64,000 bases of DNA from Alphaproteobacteria bacterium (GTDB lineage Bacteria > Pseudomonadota > Alphaproteobacteria > Rs-D84). This document shows positions 51,154 through 61,491 of the stretch, in pieces. The notes beneath the pieces are model-generated. The model did no database searches. It saw only the letters and a list, made by a program, of their open reading frames with translations, and was not told the DNA's origin. The translations under genes and the position numbers were made by a program. Each line of letters opens with the position of its first letter. Position 1 is the first letter of the stretch. The stretch lies in assembly GCA_024402765.1 (NCBI GenBank), contig JAKSTC010000001.1, forward strand, positions 3,170-67,169, in the 5' to 3' direction.

Positions 51154-52461
51154 ATGACAAAGCCACAAAAATTCTTTATCCAAACTTTTGGATGTCAAAT
51201 GAATGTTTATGACGGTTGGCGAATCGCTGCTATGTTAAAACACCATGGTTTAACAGAAACAGCTTCTATACCTGATGCTGATATAATTATTCTTAATACC
51301 TGTGCGGTGCGTGAAAAGGCAACGAACAAGGTTTATTCTGCCCTGGGGCGCATACGTCAGGCAAAAAAGCCATCTGCCCTATTCGGTATTGTTGGTTGTG
51401 TTGCACGTGAATCAGGGGCAGATGCATTTAAGCGAATTCCCGAATTAAATTTTGTCCTTGGACCACAGAGTTATCATAAATTGCCCCAGATTTTATCTGA
51501 TCCGGACACTAAATTATTTAACATTGATTTGGGCGGTCTGGAAAAATTTGATAGCCTGCCCCAAATGGAAAAATCACCATTGGTATCATATATTCCAATT
51601 CAAGAAGGGTGTAATCATTGTTGCACATACTGCATTGTTCCATACACACGTGGTCGTGAAATTTCGCGCGATTTTAATCGCGTTATGGCCGACACAATTC
51701 ATGCCGCAAAAACTGGCGCGGTTGAAATATGCTTTTTGGGTCAAAATGTAAATGGATATAAATATACAGATGAAAATGGTAAAACATACCGTTTGTCTGA
51801 TTTAATACGCGAGACAGCAAAAATCCCAGAAATCATGCGTATACGCTTTACATCCAGTTATCCCACAGAAATGACAGATGACTTGATTGATATGTTTAGA
51901 ACAGAACAAAAATTACTACCATTTCTAAATATGCCAATTCAAAGTGGTTCACCAAATGTGTTAAAAAGGATGAACCGTCCGTATGATTTAGAACAATACT
52001 TAACTATTGTTAATAAATTACGTGCTGCGCGTCCAGACATTCAAATATCAAGTGATTTTATTGTTGGATTCCCTGGCGAATCTGATTCTGATTTTGAACA
52101 AACAATGCAAATTGCGAACACAATAAAATATATTAATTCATATTCTTTTAAGTATTCACCCCGCCCACATACCGCGGCAGCATTAATGCCAGACCAAGTT
52201 CCAGAAAACATTAAAAGTGAACGTCTATTAAAACTTGATTCCAACCTAAATGAAATCCAACGCGCATTTAATTTATCTTGTGTTGATAAAACATTAACTT
52301 GTTTATATGAAGGTATTGATAAGACAAGCAAACATCTGATATACCGCACACCATATATGCAACAATGTATTGTTGAATTCATCGAAAACGCGCCAACCAT
52401 GGCAAATATAAAAATCACATCCGCAAACAAGGCATGTCTGCGTGGTGAATTTGTTGATTAA
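51154..52461 (+). CDS. miaB: tRNA-i6A37 methylthiotransferase MiaB
   Basis: FGCQMNVYDG N-terminal MTTase motif and radical-SAM CxxxCxxC (EGCNHCCTYC). About 435 aa. Confidence 0.8.
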   Translation: MTKPQKFFIQTFGCQMNVYDGWRIAAMLKHHGLTETASIPDADIIILNTCAVREKATNKVYSALGRIRQAKKPSALFGIVGCVARESGADAFKRIPELNFVLGPQSYHKLPQILSDPDTKLFNIDLGGLEKFDSLPQMEKSPLVSYIPIQEGCNHCCTYCIVPYTRGREISRDFNRVMADTIHAAKTGAVEICFLGQNVNGYKYTDENGKTYRLSDLIRETAKIPEIMRIRFTSSYPTEMTDDLIDMFRTEQKLLPFLNMPIQSGSPNVLKRMNRPYDLEQYLTIVNKLRAARPDIQISSDFIVGFPGESDSDFEQTMQIANTIKYINSYSFKYSPRPHTAAALMPDQVPENIKSERLLKLDSNLNEIQRAFNLSCVDKTLTCLYEGIDKTSKHLIYRTPYMQQCIVEFIENAPTMANIKITSANKACLRGEFVD

Positions 52462-53996
52462 AAGACCATTTGTAAATTAATTGATGCCTTACCCGACAGG
52501 CCTAATTCCGTTTGTATTACCCCCAACGAAATATTACCACCTGCGCCATCTACCTCTGACCAGGCATCAAAATTAAACGCTGCATCAATATTTCCAAATG
52601 TATTTACACCTGCGCGCAAATTATAGCTATATTTCATACTATCCAAAACAAAAGAATAACCACCATCAAATGCACCACGTGCAAAGAAATCATTTTTATT
52701 ATTTTGTAATATGTGCAACCTTTCCATACCAACATTAACAAATGGCGCAACATACCAGCCGTCATTTCCAATATTAAAATGCTTTCCCAAATCAACAAAA
52801 CCATACAAACTATTTCCTGTTGGATTATGTGTAATCTCATTACCATTTAACAACGGTCCCGTATCAAAAGAATCAATATTACCACCCAAACCACCACGTA
52901 CAAAAACAATATCACCAACATAGTCTATACGCATGTTTCCGCCGTATACACCAGAATCATATTTATTTAATCCATCATCAAAATGTATTTTATAACCATA
53001 TCCAGATGCACCGACATATAAATTATCAGTAACACTATATTTTGCCGCCAGCCGGCCACCAATTGTATTACCGTGATTTGAAAAAATATATATTGGCTCA
53101 GCCGATATTCCAACCCCAATTCGATTTGCAGAACCAGATGTCATTTCAAGCATATTTATTTCATGCACAGACCGCATTAATAATTCTGGATTTAACCGAA
53201 CAGATTTATTTAATATATCCATAACACGATTCATATCATTTTCTGAATCTAACTTACTTATTAAATCATTATCAGAACCCGTTTCGCGCAAATAATTTAG
53301 AAACATACCACGGGAATCTCTAAACACATGTTTATAATTTATCGTCCGCGCACGCGTTAAATACACATTATTACCAACCAAACTAGCCGTAACCGCATAT
53401 AACGGATTATTCGTATCAGATTCAAAATGTAATTTATTATATTCTGCATTATTAACATTATATAATACAGGATTGCCATTTGTTTTAAAGTCACTTGATA
53501 CAACAATCCAAACATCGCCATTAACTTTAATAGATGTATTTTGCAATTTAGTTGCATTATAACCACCAGAAATTGTTAATTCTGTTGCCTGTCCGACACT
53601 AGCTAAGTTCAATTCTTTTACAGAATACATTTTATCTGCAATCTGATTCAGAGAAAACGCACCACCAATAAATGTTGCATCAAACAGCCCATTCCCACTA
53701 ACATTTAAATGTGTAATATCCGCAGGATTTTCAACAACCTGGGTTAACCCGCCACCAGCAGCAACATTTATTTCACCACTGATGGTTCCACTATTTTGGA
53801 TAGACGCAAATACCCCACTTACAACATCAAAGTAAGGAACATTTATAACACGAGTATTAACATAAGTATTTCCTTCTAAATTACAATTACCAGTTGCACA
53901 GTTGGTATTAATATAGGCAGTCAAATCTGTTGAAGCAAATACATCACAGGATATAAAAGTAACTATGCAATAAAAACAAATATTTTTAATCTTCAT
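52458..53996 (-). CDS. Autotransporter-like outer-membrane protein
   Basis: Start at MKIKNICFYCIVTFISCDVFA. N/G/S-rich passenger and a C-terminal beta-barrel ending ...NLQMVF. Confidence 0.5.
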   Translation of the reverse strand: MKIKNICFYCIVTFISCDVFASTDLTAYINTNCATGNCNLEGNTYVNTRVINVPYFDVVSGVFASIQNSGTISGEINVAAGGGLTQVVENPADITHLNVSGNGLFDATFIGGAFSLNQIADKMYSVKELNLASVGQATELTISGGYNATKLQNTSIKVNGDVWIVVSSDFKTNGNPVLYNVNNAEYNKLHFESDTNNPLYAVTASLVGNNVYLTRARTINYKHVFRDSRGMFLNYLRETGSDNDLISKLDSENDMNRVMDILNKSVRLNPELLMRSVHEINMLEMTSGSANRIGVGISAEPIYIFSNHGNTIGGRLAAKYSVTDNLYVGASGYGYKIHFDDGLNKYDSGVYGGNMRIDYVGDIVFVRGGLGGNIDSFDTGPLLNGNEITHNPTGNSLYGFVDLGKHFNIGNDGWYVAPFVNVGMERLHILQNNKNDFFARGAFDGGYSFVLDSMKYSYNLRAGVNTFGNIDAAFNFDAWSEVDGAGGNISLGVIQTELGLSGKASINLQMVF

Positions 53997-54152
53997 AGAA
54001 TCAACATTAGCACACAAGAAAATATTCTTAAAGCACAAAATGAATAAAATCATAGGCATCCATACCTGTATAAATTTCTAAAAACCTTTGATAAAATCAT
54101 CATTGTTGACATGAAAAACACACATAAACAACACAACAAAGGAGAAAAACAA

Positions 54153-54752
54153 ATGAAAAAACTTATTATTCCTACACTTGCAGCAATAATAGCCTGCCCT
54201 GCATTTGCAGATTATTCAAACAGCACCAGCACATGGCAACCATGGGGTTGGGATATGTATGTCGGTTTGCATGGTGGCTTAAGTTATACAAACTTAAACT
54301 ACTCTTTCAATAACAACAAAGAAAGTATTGGCGACCTGGCATGGCAGGGACACGCTGCATTAGGTTTGGAATTGTGCAAAACATTACGTACAGAACTTGA
54401 ATGGTCTATATTTAGCAAAACAAAAGACACCAAAGACTTTGGTGATGCTGGCAGTTACGAAGTTTCAACAAAATTACAAACATTGTTGATGAACTTTTAT
54501 ATGGAATTCGGCGATTGGAAAATCGTTCGTCCATTCGTTGGTGTCGGTGCCGGTGTAGGTTTTGCAAAAATAGATGCTAAAAACCCAGCACCATCATTTG
54601 ATAAAACAAAGTTTTCTGCAATGGGCACATTAGGTATAACATTTGATATGGAACGTTTTGCAATTGATATCGCTGGACGTTATAACTATGTAGATATTGC
54701 ATCAGGCTTGCATAACTTTGGTGGTGATATTGGTATCAGATTTATGTTCTAA
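54153..54752 (+). CDS. Outer-membrane beta-barrel protein (OmpA-like, paralog of the 8263 gene)
   Basis: Start at MKKLIIPTLAAIIACPAFA (aaggagaaa SD). Ends ...IGIRFMF. Confidence 0.55.
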   Translation: MKKLIIPTLAAIIACPAFADYSNSTSTWQPWGWDMYVGLHGGLSYTNLNYSFNNNKESIGDLAWQGHAALGLELCKTLRTELEWSIFSKTKDTKDFGDAGSYEVSTKLQTLLMNFYMEFGDWKIVRPFVGVGAGVGFAKIDAKNPAPSFDKTKFSAMGTLGITFDMERFAIDIAGRYNYVDIASGLHNFGGDIGIRFMF

Positions 54753-54805
54753 TAGCACGCATCTCATCAAAGCCCAAGATAAAATCTTGGGCTTTTTAAT
54801 AAGTA

Positions 54806-54836
54806 TAAAAAAACCGCTTTCGCGGTTTATTATTTT
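54806..54836. terminator. Bidirectional terminator (aaccgctttcgcggtt)
   Basis: Hairpin with flanking A and T runs. Confidence 0.55.
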
Positions 54837-55186
54837 AATCTTACCAAAGCCAATTTATTTAACAATCCTGATTCCATATCTGTCAATAAAGACACCAAAC
54901 CTTCATTTAGTTCTTGTGTTTCAAGTGCACGTTCAATATAAGAAATAATATCTTCACACATTTTTATCAAATCATCTTTTATATATTTTGGATTCAAAAT
55001 ATCAGACTTAAATATTCTTTTATTGTCTTCTGCCATAAAATATCTTTCTGCAATGGCATCAGCCCAATCATCAACCTGTTCCGTCAATCTGTCAAACAAC
55101 AAATGCATTGCATAGTTATTAGTAGACCAATGATGAATTTTACAAGAATATTTAAACGCTATTAAACGTTGCATTAATTCGTACAT
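54830..55186 (-). CDS. Short Dps/ferritin-like protein (tentative)
   Basis: KIHHWSTNNYAMHLLFDRLTEQVDDWADAIAERY resembles the Dps helix A-B signature (hHWnv.G..F..lH....e......D.iAER), but at 118 aa it is shorter than canonical Dps. Confidence 0.35.
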   Translation of the reverse strand: MYELMQRLIAFKYSCKIHHWSTNNYAMHLLFDRLTEQVDDWADAIAERYFMAEDNKRIFKSDILNPKYIKDDLIKMCEDIISYIERALETQELNEGLVSLLTDMESGLLNKLALVRLK

Positions 55187-55374
55187 ATTTTTCTCCTTTA
55201 TTTATGCAAAATATATTTTATCACCTAAGCCATATCAACATTATAGGACAGATTTCCAAAGAACTTGCTATATGCAGGATTTTATGCGTATACAGGAATT
55301 CAAACCTGCAGAATTTTAATAATGCATAATATATAATAGAATTTGTAACCTCAAACAACAAAAGGAGAAACAAA

Positions 55375-55893
55375 ATGAAAAAAACAACTATTAACTGCGT
55401 CAGCGCATTAAGTGCTGTGGCTTTATTATCTGGGTGCACAACTTTGTGCAGTAGCAAACCAAATGCCATAGAACATCATCATCATAAAAACAAAGCACCT
55501 GTAGTATTTTACCAAACATACGAAGGCGCAGACATTAACAAAGTATCTGCAAAAATGTACACACACAGTTCCCAAGGCGGAGAATCAAAAATGGGATACA
55601 TTAAATTCCACGAAACAGACAGTGGTTTGAAAATGGTCGTAAATTTACAAGACTTGCGTCCAAACAAAACATATAAAGTAAAGATTCATCAATGCCATTC
55701 TTGCAACGGTGCCAATCTGTGTTGTGATAAAGATGCTATGAATATTGACTTGCCACATTTGACACACTCACACGATGGTAAATTGGAAACATCTTATATT
55801 ATTCGTGGTCTAACTGCAACACAACTGAAAAACGCGAAAATCTGTCTTGAACGCGATGGCGGGTACAAGGCCGCATGGGGAACATTAAATTAA
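55375..55893 (+). CDS. Lipoprotein, possibly Cu/Zn-SOD-like fold (tentative)
   Basis: Lipobox LLSGC. His-rich (HHHHKNK). GYIKFHE...KVKIHQCHSCNG loosely recalls the SodC beta-sandwich region. Confidence 0.25.
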   Translation: MKKTTINCVSALSAVALLSGCTTLCSSKPNAIEHHHHKNKAPVVFYQTYEGADINKVSAKMYTHSSQGGESKMGYIKFHETDSGLKMVVNLQDLRPNKTYKVKIHQCHSCNGANLCCDKDAMNIDLPHLTHSHDGKLETSYIIRGLTATQLKNAKICLERDGGYKAAWGTLN

Positions 55894-55965
55894 TCCATCC
55901 CCTTTAAGTAAACACCCAGCCAATTGGCTGGGTATTGTTTATAAAAAACAAACAAAAAAAGAAAA

Positions 55966-56538
55966 TTATTCTTTATCTAAAATTTCATCTATCCAACGAT
56001 TAATTCCACGCTGGCGACCACCACCCCAACTGGACCAGCCATCTGTATACACGATACAACCGGCACAATATTTTGCGACATCATTAAAACTGTTTCCACT
56101 GCCACCACCGGCATGTGAAACAAAAGGATATACATGTTTACCAGACAAATTATTATTTTGCAAAAATGCCTGAACTGGCAGTGATAAACCATTTGCCCAC
56201 ACTGGCGAACCGATAAATATCACATCATAATTTTGTAAATTTTTGGGACCCGCATTAATCTTGGGCAGCCTACCCGCATCTATATCTGATTGAATAAGTT
56301 TTTTGCGTTCACCAGAATCTGTGGGGTATTCGGCAACAGTTTTGATTTCAAACACATCAGCACCCGTATAGGATACGATTGCGTCTGCAACCTCTGCCGT
56401 ATTGCCAGTCAAAGAATAATACACAACTAAAATTTGTTGTTGTGAATCAGTATCTGTTGACATAGCGTGTGCGGTTATTGCTATCGCCGAAGTCAAACAA
56501 AATGCAGAACATAAAATTTTTATAAAATTTCTTTTCAT
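55966..56538 (-). CDS. Secreted flavodoxin-like protein
   Basis: Signal peptide followed by ILVVYYSLTGNTAEVA flavodoxin FMN-binding start. Confidence 0.55.
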   Translation of the reverse strand: MKRNFIKILCSAFCLTSAIAITAHAMSTDTDSQQQILVVYYSLTGNTAEVADAIVSYTGADVFEIKTVAEYPTDSGERKKLIQSDIDAGRLPKINAGPKNLQNYDVIFIGSPVWANGLSLPVQAFLQNNNLSGKHVYPFVSHAGGGSGNSFNDVAKYCAGCIVYTDGWSSWGGGRQRGINRWIDEILDKE

Positions 56539-56601
56539 GCTTTTGCCCCCCACACAAGTATAATACCATGTAAGAGTCTTAATCACCATAGGGGGCTTTT
56601 C

Positions 56602-57876
56602 CTAGCGAAAATTATCATTCCACAATGCACGCATATCTTCATTTAATTCTGCGCCCTGGGTAATAATAGATATAGGCCCATTAAAATACCCGCGTGAGTT
56701 TTTCACAATATCATCGGGCGTAATACTGCGTCCCAATTTTATAAATCCGTAATAATCATACAATTCATTAAAGTCTATATAGAAACTTATCAACGTTCTG
56801 CTGCGACTATTTGCAGACTCTAACCAATCCGCATTAAACAAACGTTTTTCCGAACGCAGACGCAACAAATCATCATCTGTAAATGTTGGATTGTTATAGA
56901 ATTCAAAACTGTTTTTCGCGATCAATTCCATTGCTTTGGCAATATTATCTGTTGATGTTTCTGTGGCAAAACCACTCCACGCTTGTTTTTCATTACCTAT
57001 ATTTGTTCCACCGAAATCATAAACTAAACCATTTTCATATCTTAAAACACGATACAATTTTCTTACTAAAAACGCTTCGAAATAATTTATACACTTTTGT
57101 TCATACTTTTTTTCAAGTGATTGTTTATACAAATCAGGATAATAAATTCTTAACTTTACATTTTCCTTATCTGGCAACAAATTATGTGCGACATCTGGTG
57201 TATACACAATTTTGGAATTTTCAAACACATCAAAAGACGGCAATGCCCCAAGATTTTTTTCCAAACAATTTAACAAATCTTGTTCATCTATTATCTTACC
57301 AGAAATACCAACAATGCAGTTTTTTGCCGACAAACGACGACCTATCCAATCCAACATTTGATCACGCGTAAAGGACATTATATTTTCAACATTACCCAAT
57401 GTCCGATACGATGGTATCGCCCCACCGAATAATCTATGCGAAACGAAATATCCCAACTGTTCCTCTGGGTCATCCATTGCACGACGCAATTCATCAATGA
57501 TAACACTGCGTTCTGTATCTATTTTTTCAGGTAAAAACGAAGAGTGAAAAATCTGTTCACCAAAAACCTCTATCAATGAATTTACATTTTCAGGCAGGAT
57601 TTTTCCCCGCAAAACCAAAACGCTCGACCCTGTTCCGGCATTCATCATACCGCCGTTAATTTCCATAAAATCATCAATAGATTTTTTTGTTGGGAAACGT
57701 GCTGTCCCCCTGCACATCATATGTTCACAAAAATGGGTTAAGCCGTATTCGTTTGGTGCCTCATCCCGACCACCTGTTCTAAAACAGACTTTGACAGTTG
57801 TCGTTTCAATGTCCATCGGATCTAAAATAACAGTTACGCCATTACGCAGTTTATATATTTTCGGGTTATATTGCAT
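56602..57876 (-). CDS. M16-family zinc peptidase (insulinase-like)
   Basis: Inverted zinc motif HFCEH with the downstream Glu region. 424 aa. Confidence 0.7.
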   Translation of the reverse strand: MQYNPKIYKLRNGVTVILDPMDIETTTVKVCFRTGGRDEAPNEYGLTHFCEHMMCRGTARFPTKKSIDDFMEINGGMMNAGTGSSVLVLRGKILPENVNSLIEVFGEQIFHSSFLPEKIDTERSVIIDELRRAMDDPEEQLGYFVSHRLFGGAIPSYRTLGNVENIMSFTRDQMLDWIGRRLSAKNCIVGISGKIIDEQDLLNCLEKNLGALPSFDVFENSKIVYTPDVAHNLLPDKENVKLRIYYPDLYKQSLEKKYEQKCINYFEAFLVRKLYRVLRYENGLVYDFGGTNIGNEKQAWSGFATETSTDNIAKAMELIAKNSFEFYNNPTFTDDDLLRLRSEKRLFNADWLESANSRSRTLISFYIDFNELYDYYGFIKLGRSITPDDIVKNSRGYFNGPISIITQGAELNEDMRALWNDNFR

Positions 57877-57962
57877 ATTTATAATCTTTTCTTATCACAA
57901 TAATTTTTATGAAAAAAAGCCCAATTGTCAAACACAAACGATGTCTTAGGGGCAAGAAAAAA

Positions 57963-57997
57963 TTCCTAATTATAAAAAACCGGCACTTAAAAAGTAC
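57963..57997 (-). terminator. Rho-independent terminator after the 58025 gene
   Basis: aaccggtac-n7-gtgccggtt followed by a T-run on the minus strand. Confidence 0.5.
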
Positions 57998-58024
57998 CGG
58001 TTAAATGAGACAAATTTTTATATA

Positions 58025-58252
58025 TTAAAATTCAGCATATTTTGCGAATTCTGAAAAACTCGTATTCGTAGAATTCAAGATTTTAGAAATGCTATATGTT
58101 GTTGGCCATCTTTCCTGACCATATGTTGAAAATCGTTTTGATTTGTTAAATGTCGTTGCGTCCAAACCAGACATTCTGGCCAATCCAGAAACGGAATAGC
58201 CTTTTGCCTTGGCCAAAGAATCAATTGCGCCCCAAATTTGTGAATGGTTCAT
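58025..58252 (-). CDS. Small XRE-family HTH DNA-binding protein (copy 1 of tandem pair)
   Basis: 75 aa. ...SVSGLARMSGLDATTFNKSKR fits an HTH_3 pattern. About 75% identical to the 58447 ORF. Confidence 0.5.
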   Translation of the reverse strand: MNHSQIWGAIDSLAKAKGYSVSGLARMSGLDATTFNKSKRFSTYGQERWPTTYSISKILNSTNTSFSEFAKYAEF

Positions 58253-58384
58253 TTTACTTCTCCCTTGGTTGTATTGTTAAACCACGCCATGATTATGTTC
58301 CGAATCGCAGGATTAAATCACTAGGAAAAAAGGTAAAATAAGACAATAGTCTTAAAAAACACTAAGAAAATATTCATACAAAAA

Positions 58385-58415
58385 AACAGTGCCCTTATCT
58401 TAGGCACCGTTTTGA
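58385..58415 (-). terminator. Rho-independent terminator after the 58447 gene
   Basis: Hairpin gtgcc-n9-ggcac with a T7 run on the minus strand. Confidence 0.45.
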
Positions 58416-58446
58416 AACTTTTTTAGACTGCAACACAAAAACGAAC

Positions 58447-58674
58447 TTATTCTTGAATATACTTAGCGAACTCTGAAAATGTAGTATTAGTGGCATTCAG
58501 AATTTTTGACAAACTCTGTGTCGAAGGCCACCTTTCCTGACCGTATTCGGTCATTCTTTTTGATTTGTTAAATGTCGTAGGGTTTAATCCAGACATCTTA
58601 GCCAAACCAGAGGCAGTCGTTCCCTTTGCTTTCGCAAAAGAATCTATCGCCCCCCACATTTGAAGGTGATTCAT
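58447..58674 (-). CDS. Small XRE-family HTH DNA-binding protein (copy 2)
   Basis: Paralog of the 58025 gene, with its own terminator. Confidence 0.5.
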   Translation of the reverse strand: MNHLQMWGAIDSFAKAKGTTASGLAKMSGLNPTTFNKSKRMTEYGQERWPSTQSLSKILNATNTTFSEFAKYIQE

Positions 58675-58789
58675 GGCAACGCTCCTTTCTATTGGTTAGT
58701 CCATATAATAATTTTGATTGAAACGGGCAAAAATTTCAACAGAAAAATAATAAGAAAAAAAGCCTATTTTTTTACAACAAAAAACACCA

Positions 58790-59105
58790 CCCAACACAGT
58801 GTTTTTATGCTGAATTATGCGGTTTTTCATTTTTGTCATTACGCGTTTTATCGCTATTCCTCACTTTTGTCATTGCGGACTTGGTCCGCAATAGGGTCTA
58901 TGAAATTAATAACGAATATTCACAATAAAAAACAAACTCTGCGATACAGGTCTTAAAGACCCTGTTCTGGTTCCGATATACATCGGAATGACAAAAAACG
59001 CCAGAATGACAAAATTTATTTGAAATAAATTTTGTAAAAATTATAACTGGATTGCTTCGCTGCGCTCGCAATGACAAAGGGAAAAAACGAATCGAATGAC
59101 ACAAA
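58790..59105. repeat. Cluster of MITE-like palindromic repeats (copies of the 14.2-kb and 8.1-kb element families)
   Basis: 58866-58965 nearly identical to 14270-14365. 59045-59085 matches 8150-8186. Multiple aatgacaaa / ttgtcatt termini. Confidence 0.65.
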
Positions 59106-59118
59106 GGTGCAACAAAAT

Positions 59119-60084
59119 TTATTCAACCTCTGGGCCGGCAATAAATGAACCAGTGCCTGAATTCGTAAAGAATGTTTTCGTCACAGTATCATACATACCA
59201 ATTACACCATCACTATTGCGTTTCGCAGGGATAAGCGACATTGAATTATCTATTTTCAAATAAGCAATTCTTGTGCCATTTATAGATTGATAATCTGAAC
59301 TCTGCACAGCAAACACCCCAAAACTTGAGAAACTTGTTTCAGGCCCTCTTTTTATATCTTTTGTGGATACTCCATCACTTAAAGAAGTTCCATTTAGTGT
59401 TATTGTTCGCCAACCTGGTATAACACCATTAAAATACACAATACTACTACCAGTCCATAAACCATCATAAGAGCTCTGTGCATGAGCAAACAAAGAAAGC
59501 CTAGCACCACCTTGTTCTTGTCCATAATATGCTCCAAAAATAGCTTTAGAATTATCTATTTCACCAGGTATATAGTATTTAACTTCAAAATCACTTTCAG
59601 ATGATAGGACGTTAGCTAATCTAACAACAATTCTTGCTTTTCCATCCGTTTCAATATATTCTAACTGGGTATATTCTGCGGGCAGGATACTGGTCGCATA
59701 TCGCTCAAACACATATTCGTTCGTTGTGGCGTTCCATATCATCATATGTTTACCACTTGTCGGTAATGTCCCCAGGTTTAATTTCGTTATATCTATCATC
59801 CCTGCCAAATCTGCATTCGTTACCGCACCATCCGCCAAATGTATCGTTTCTATTGAATTATCCGCAAATAAATCTGTCCCAACCGTCGTTGCAACCACAT
59901 TCCCAGAATTATCCGTCTGTAATACCATATTTTGTGCATAATTGGCATTGTTTGCCTTTTTATCTATTTTTGCCTGAATATTATCACGCATTTCATTTAC
60001 ATATTCACTGGATGCAATATTCGCAACACAGGGTGATATAATTATAAATAAAAACGATATTACACTAAACAGATATCTAAACAT
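59119..60084 (-). CDS. Secreted phage-tail-fibre-like protein (N-terminal IASSEYVNE...KIDKK motif)
   Basis: Signal peptide. Shares its N-terminal motif and a ...ITKLNLGTLPTSGKHMMIWNATTNEYVFE block with the 60114 gene (...INKLNLPTKCASGSCMLIYNADTGNFVWE). Confidence 0.55.
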   Translation of the reverse strand: MFRYLFSVISFLFIIISPCVANIASSEYVNEMRDNIQAKIDKKANNANYAQNMVLQTDNSGNVVATTVGTDLFADNSIETIHLADGAVTNADLAGMIDITKLNLGTLPTSGKHMMIWNATTNEYVFERYATSILPAEYTQLEYIETDGKARIVVRLANVLSSESDFEVKYYIPGEIDNSKAIFGAYYGQEQGGARLSLFAHAQSSYDGLWTGSSIVYFNGVIPGWRTITLNGTSLSDGVSTKDIKRGPETSFSSFGVFAVQSSDYQSINGTRIAYLKIDNSMSLIPAKRNSDGVIGMYDTVTKTFFTNSGTGSFIAGPEVE

Positions 60085-60113
60085 ATTTTATCCCCCCAAA
60101 AAAATCACATAAC

Positions 60114-60548
60114 CTAATTACCACTAACGCCACCTGTTGGCGCAGAATCGCCATTACGACCAATATTTTCCCATACAAAATTGCCAGTATCCGCATTGTA
60201 TATCAGCATGCATGACCCGGATGCACATTTTGTTGGTAAATTCAATTTATTTATTCCAACGCCATTCGCTATTTTAGTGTTTGTGACATTTGCATCTTTT
60301 ATCTTATCAGAACTGACCGCGTTATTCGCAATCATCCCCGATGCAATTTGACCCGTCTGCACCGCACCATTTGTGCCGGTCGTCACCAGTGCCTTGTTTG
60401 TCCCAGATGTAAATTTATTATCCAATTTTCCAGAAATATTATCATTCAACCCCTGTTCAACCTGACCCACGTATGCTGTGGACGCAATACCCGCAAATGA
60501 TGGCGTTGCAATTAATGCCAACATAACAATAGTTATAATGCCCTTCAT
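60114..60548 (-). CDS. Secreted phage-tail-fibre-like protein (short paralog)
   Basis: Signal MKGIITIVMLALIATPSFAGIASTAYVGQVEQ. Same family. Confidence 0.55.
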   Translation of the reverse strand: MKGIITIVMLALIATPSFAGIASTAYVGQVEQGLNDNISGKLDNKFTSGTNKALVTTGTNGAVQTGQIASGMIANNAVSSDKIKDANVTNTKIANGVGINKLNLPTKCASGSCMLIYNADTGNFVWENIGRNGDSAPTGGVSGN

Positions 60549-60807
60549 ATTCCCCTTCCTTTTTTTATATAAAAAACCACCGATTTATGTCGAGTGGTTG
60601 GAGGTTAGTAACTATCATATCTAGAAAATAGTGCCGCTTATTCAATTTATTCGCGCGCCCTCCAACCCATTTGTTGGAGTTTTTTATACTAGATATACCG
60701 GGTTACTACACCCCATCATGACAATTCATCACGACAGAATTACTATAAAACATTTTGTAAATATATGTCCAGAATATTTTAATCGCGACAAGACGCGCAG
60801 GGATTCC

Positions 60808-61047
60808 CTAAAAATGCTTTTTTATAAATTCACGCCCACACTGTGATTTTAAATATATCTCAAACTTTTTTGCTTTTTGTTCATCATCAAAAGCAAAATA
60901 ATTTTTTATACGCCAAGGACGATATTTATCTGTATGCCCAACATGTTCATAATTATGCTGTTTTAACCGTCTTTTCAAATCATCGGTATAGCCGATATAA
61001 AACTTATCTGGAAAATTTACACTTTGTAAAATATAAACATAAAACAT
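60808..61047 (-). CDS. GIY-YIG nuclease family protein (79 aa)
   Basis: FYVYILQS...FYIGYTDDLKRRLKQHN is a canonical GIY-YIG motif. Confidence 0.75.
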   Translation of the reverse strand: MFYVYILQSVNFPDKFYIGYTDDLKRRLKQHNYEHVGHTDKYRPWRIKNYFAFDDEQKAKKFEIYLKSQCGREFIKKHF

Positions 61048-61160
61048 TTTTCGCCCGTCTGCGCTGCACTTCGTTTGCTCCGTCGCGGCATCCGTTTCGC
61101 GTGATTAAAATCACATCGCCCCGTCCCGATTAATCGCGACGGAGCGAAGCGAAGACGGAT

Positions 61161-61491
61161 GGTGGACGCGCAGGGATTCCCTCGGGCACTAATAGCCCTG
61201 CGGGGCAACCGTAACGATTTGATTGCACTACGTTTATCAAATCTACTCGTTGTCGAACCTTAGGGTTCTCATCCGCTTCGTCCGGCACAAATAAAAAATG
61301 CCACTCTCGTGACATTTTTTATTTGTGGTGGACGCGCAGGGATTCCCTCGGGCACTAATAGCCCTGCGGGGCAACCGTAACGATTTGATTGCACTACGTT
61401 TATCAAATCTACTCGTTGTCGAACCTTAGGGTTCTCATCCGCTTCGTCCGGCACAAATAAAAAATGCCACTCTCGTGACATTTTTTATTTG
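61161..61491. repeat. Two tandem ~165-bp units, each beginning with a 21-nt copy of the tRNA-Lys 3' end (tggtggacgcgcagggattc) followed by a structured element and a hairpin/T-run
   Basis: Units 61161-61326 and 61327-61491 are near-identical. A third partial copy (gacgcgcagggattccct) lies at 60792-60809. The listed ORFs 61130..61315 and 61269..61481 are repeat artefacts with identical translations. Confidence 0.8.

Noticed and set aside
61130-61481. Two ORFs (61 and 70 aa) with identical MSREWHFLFVPDEADENPKVRQ... translations
   Set aside because: They lie wholly inside the tandem 165-bp repeat units. The identical proteins are a consequence of the DNA duplication, and the ORFs have no RBS or other coding signal.
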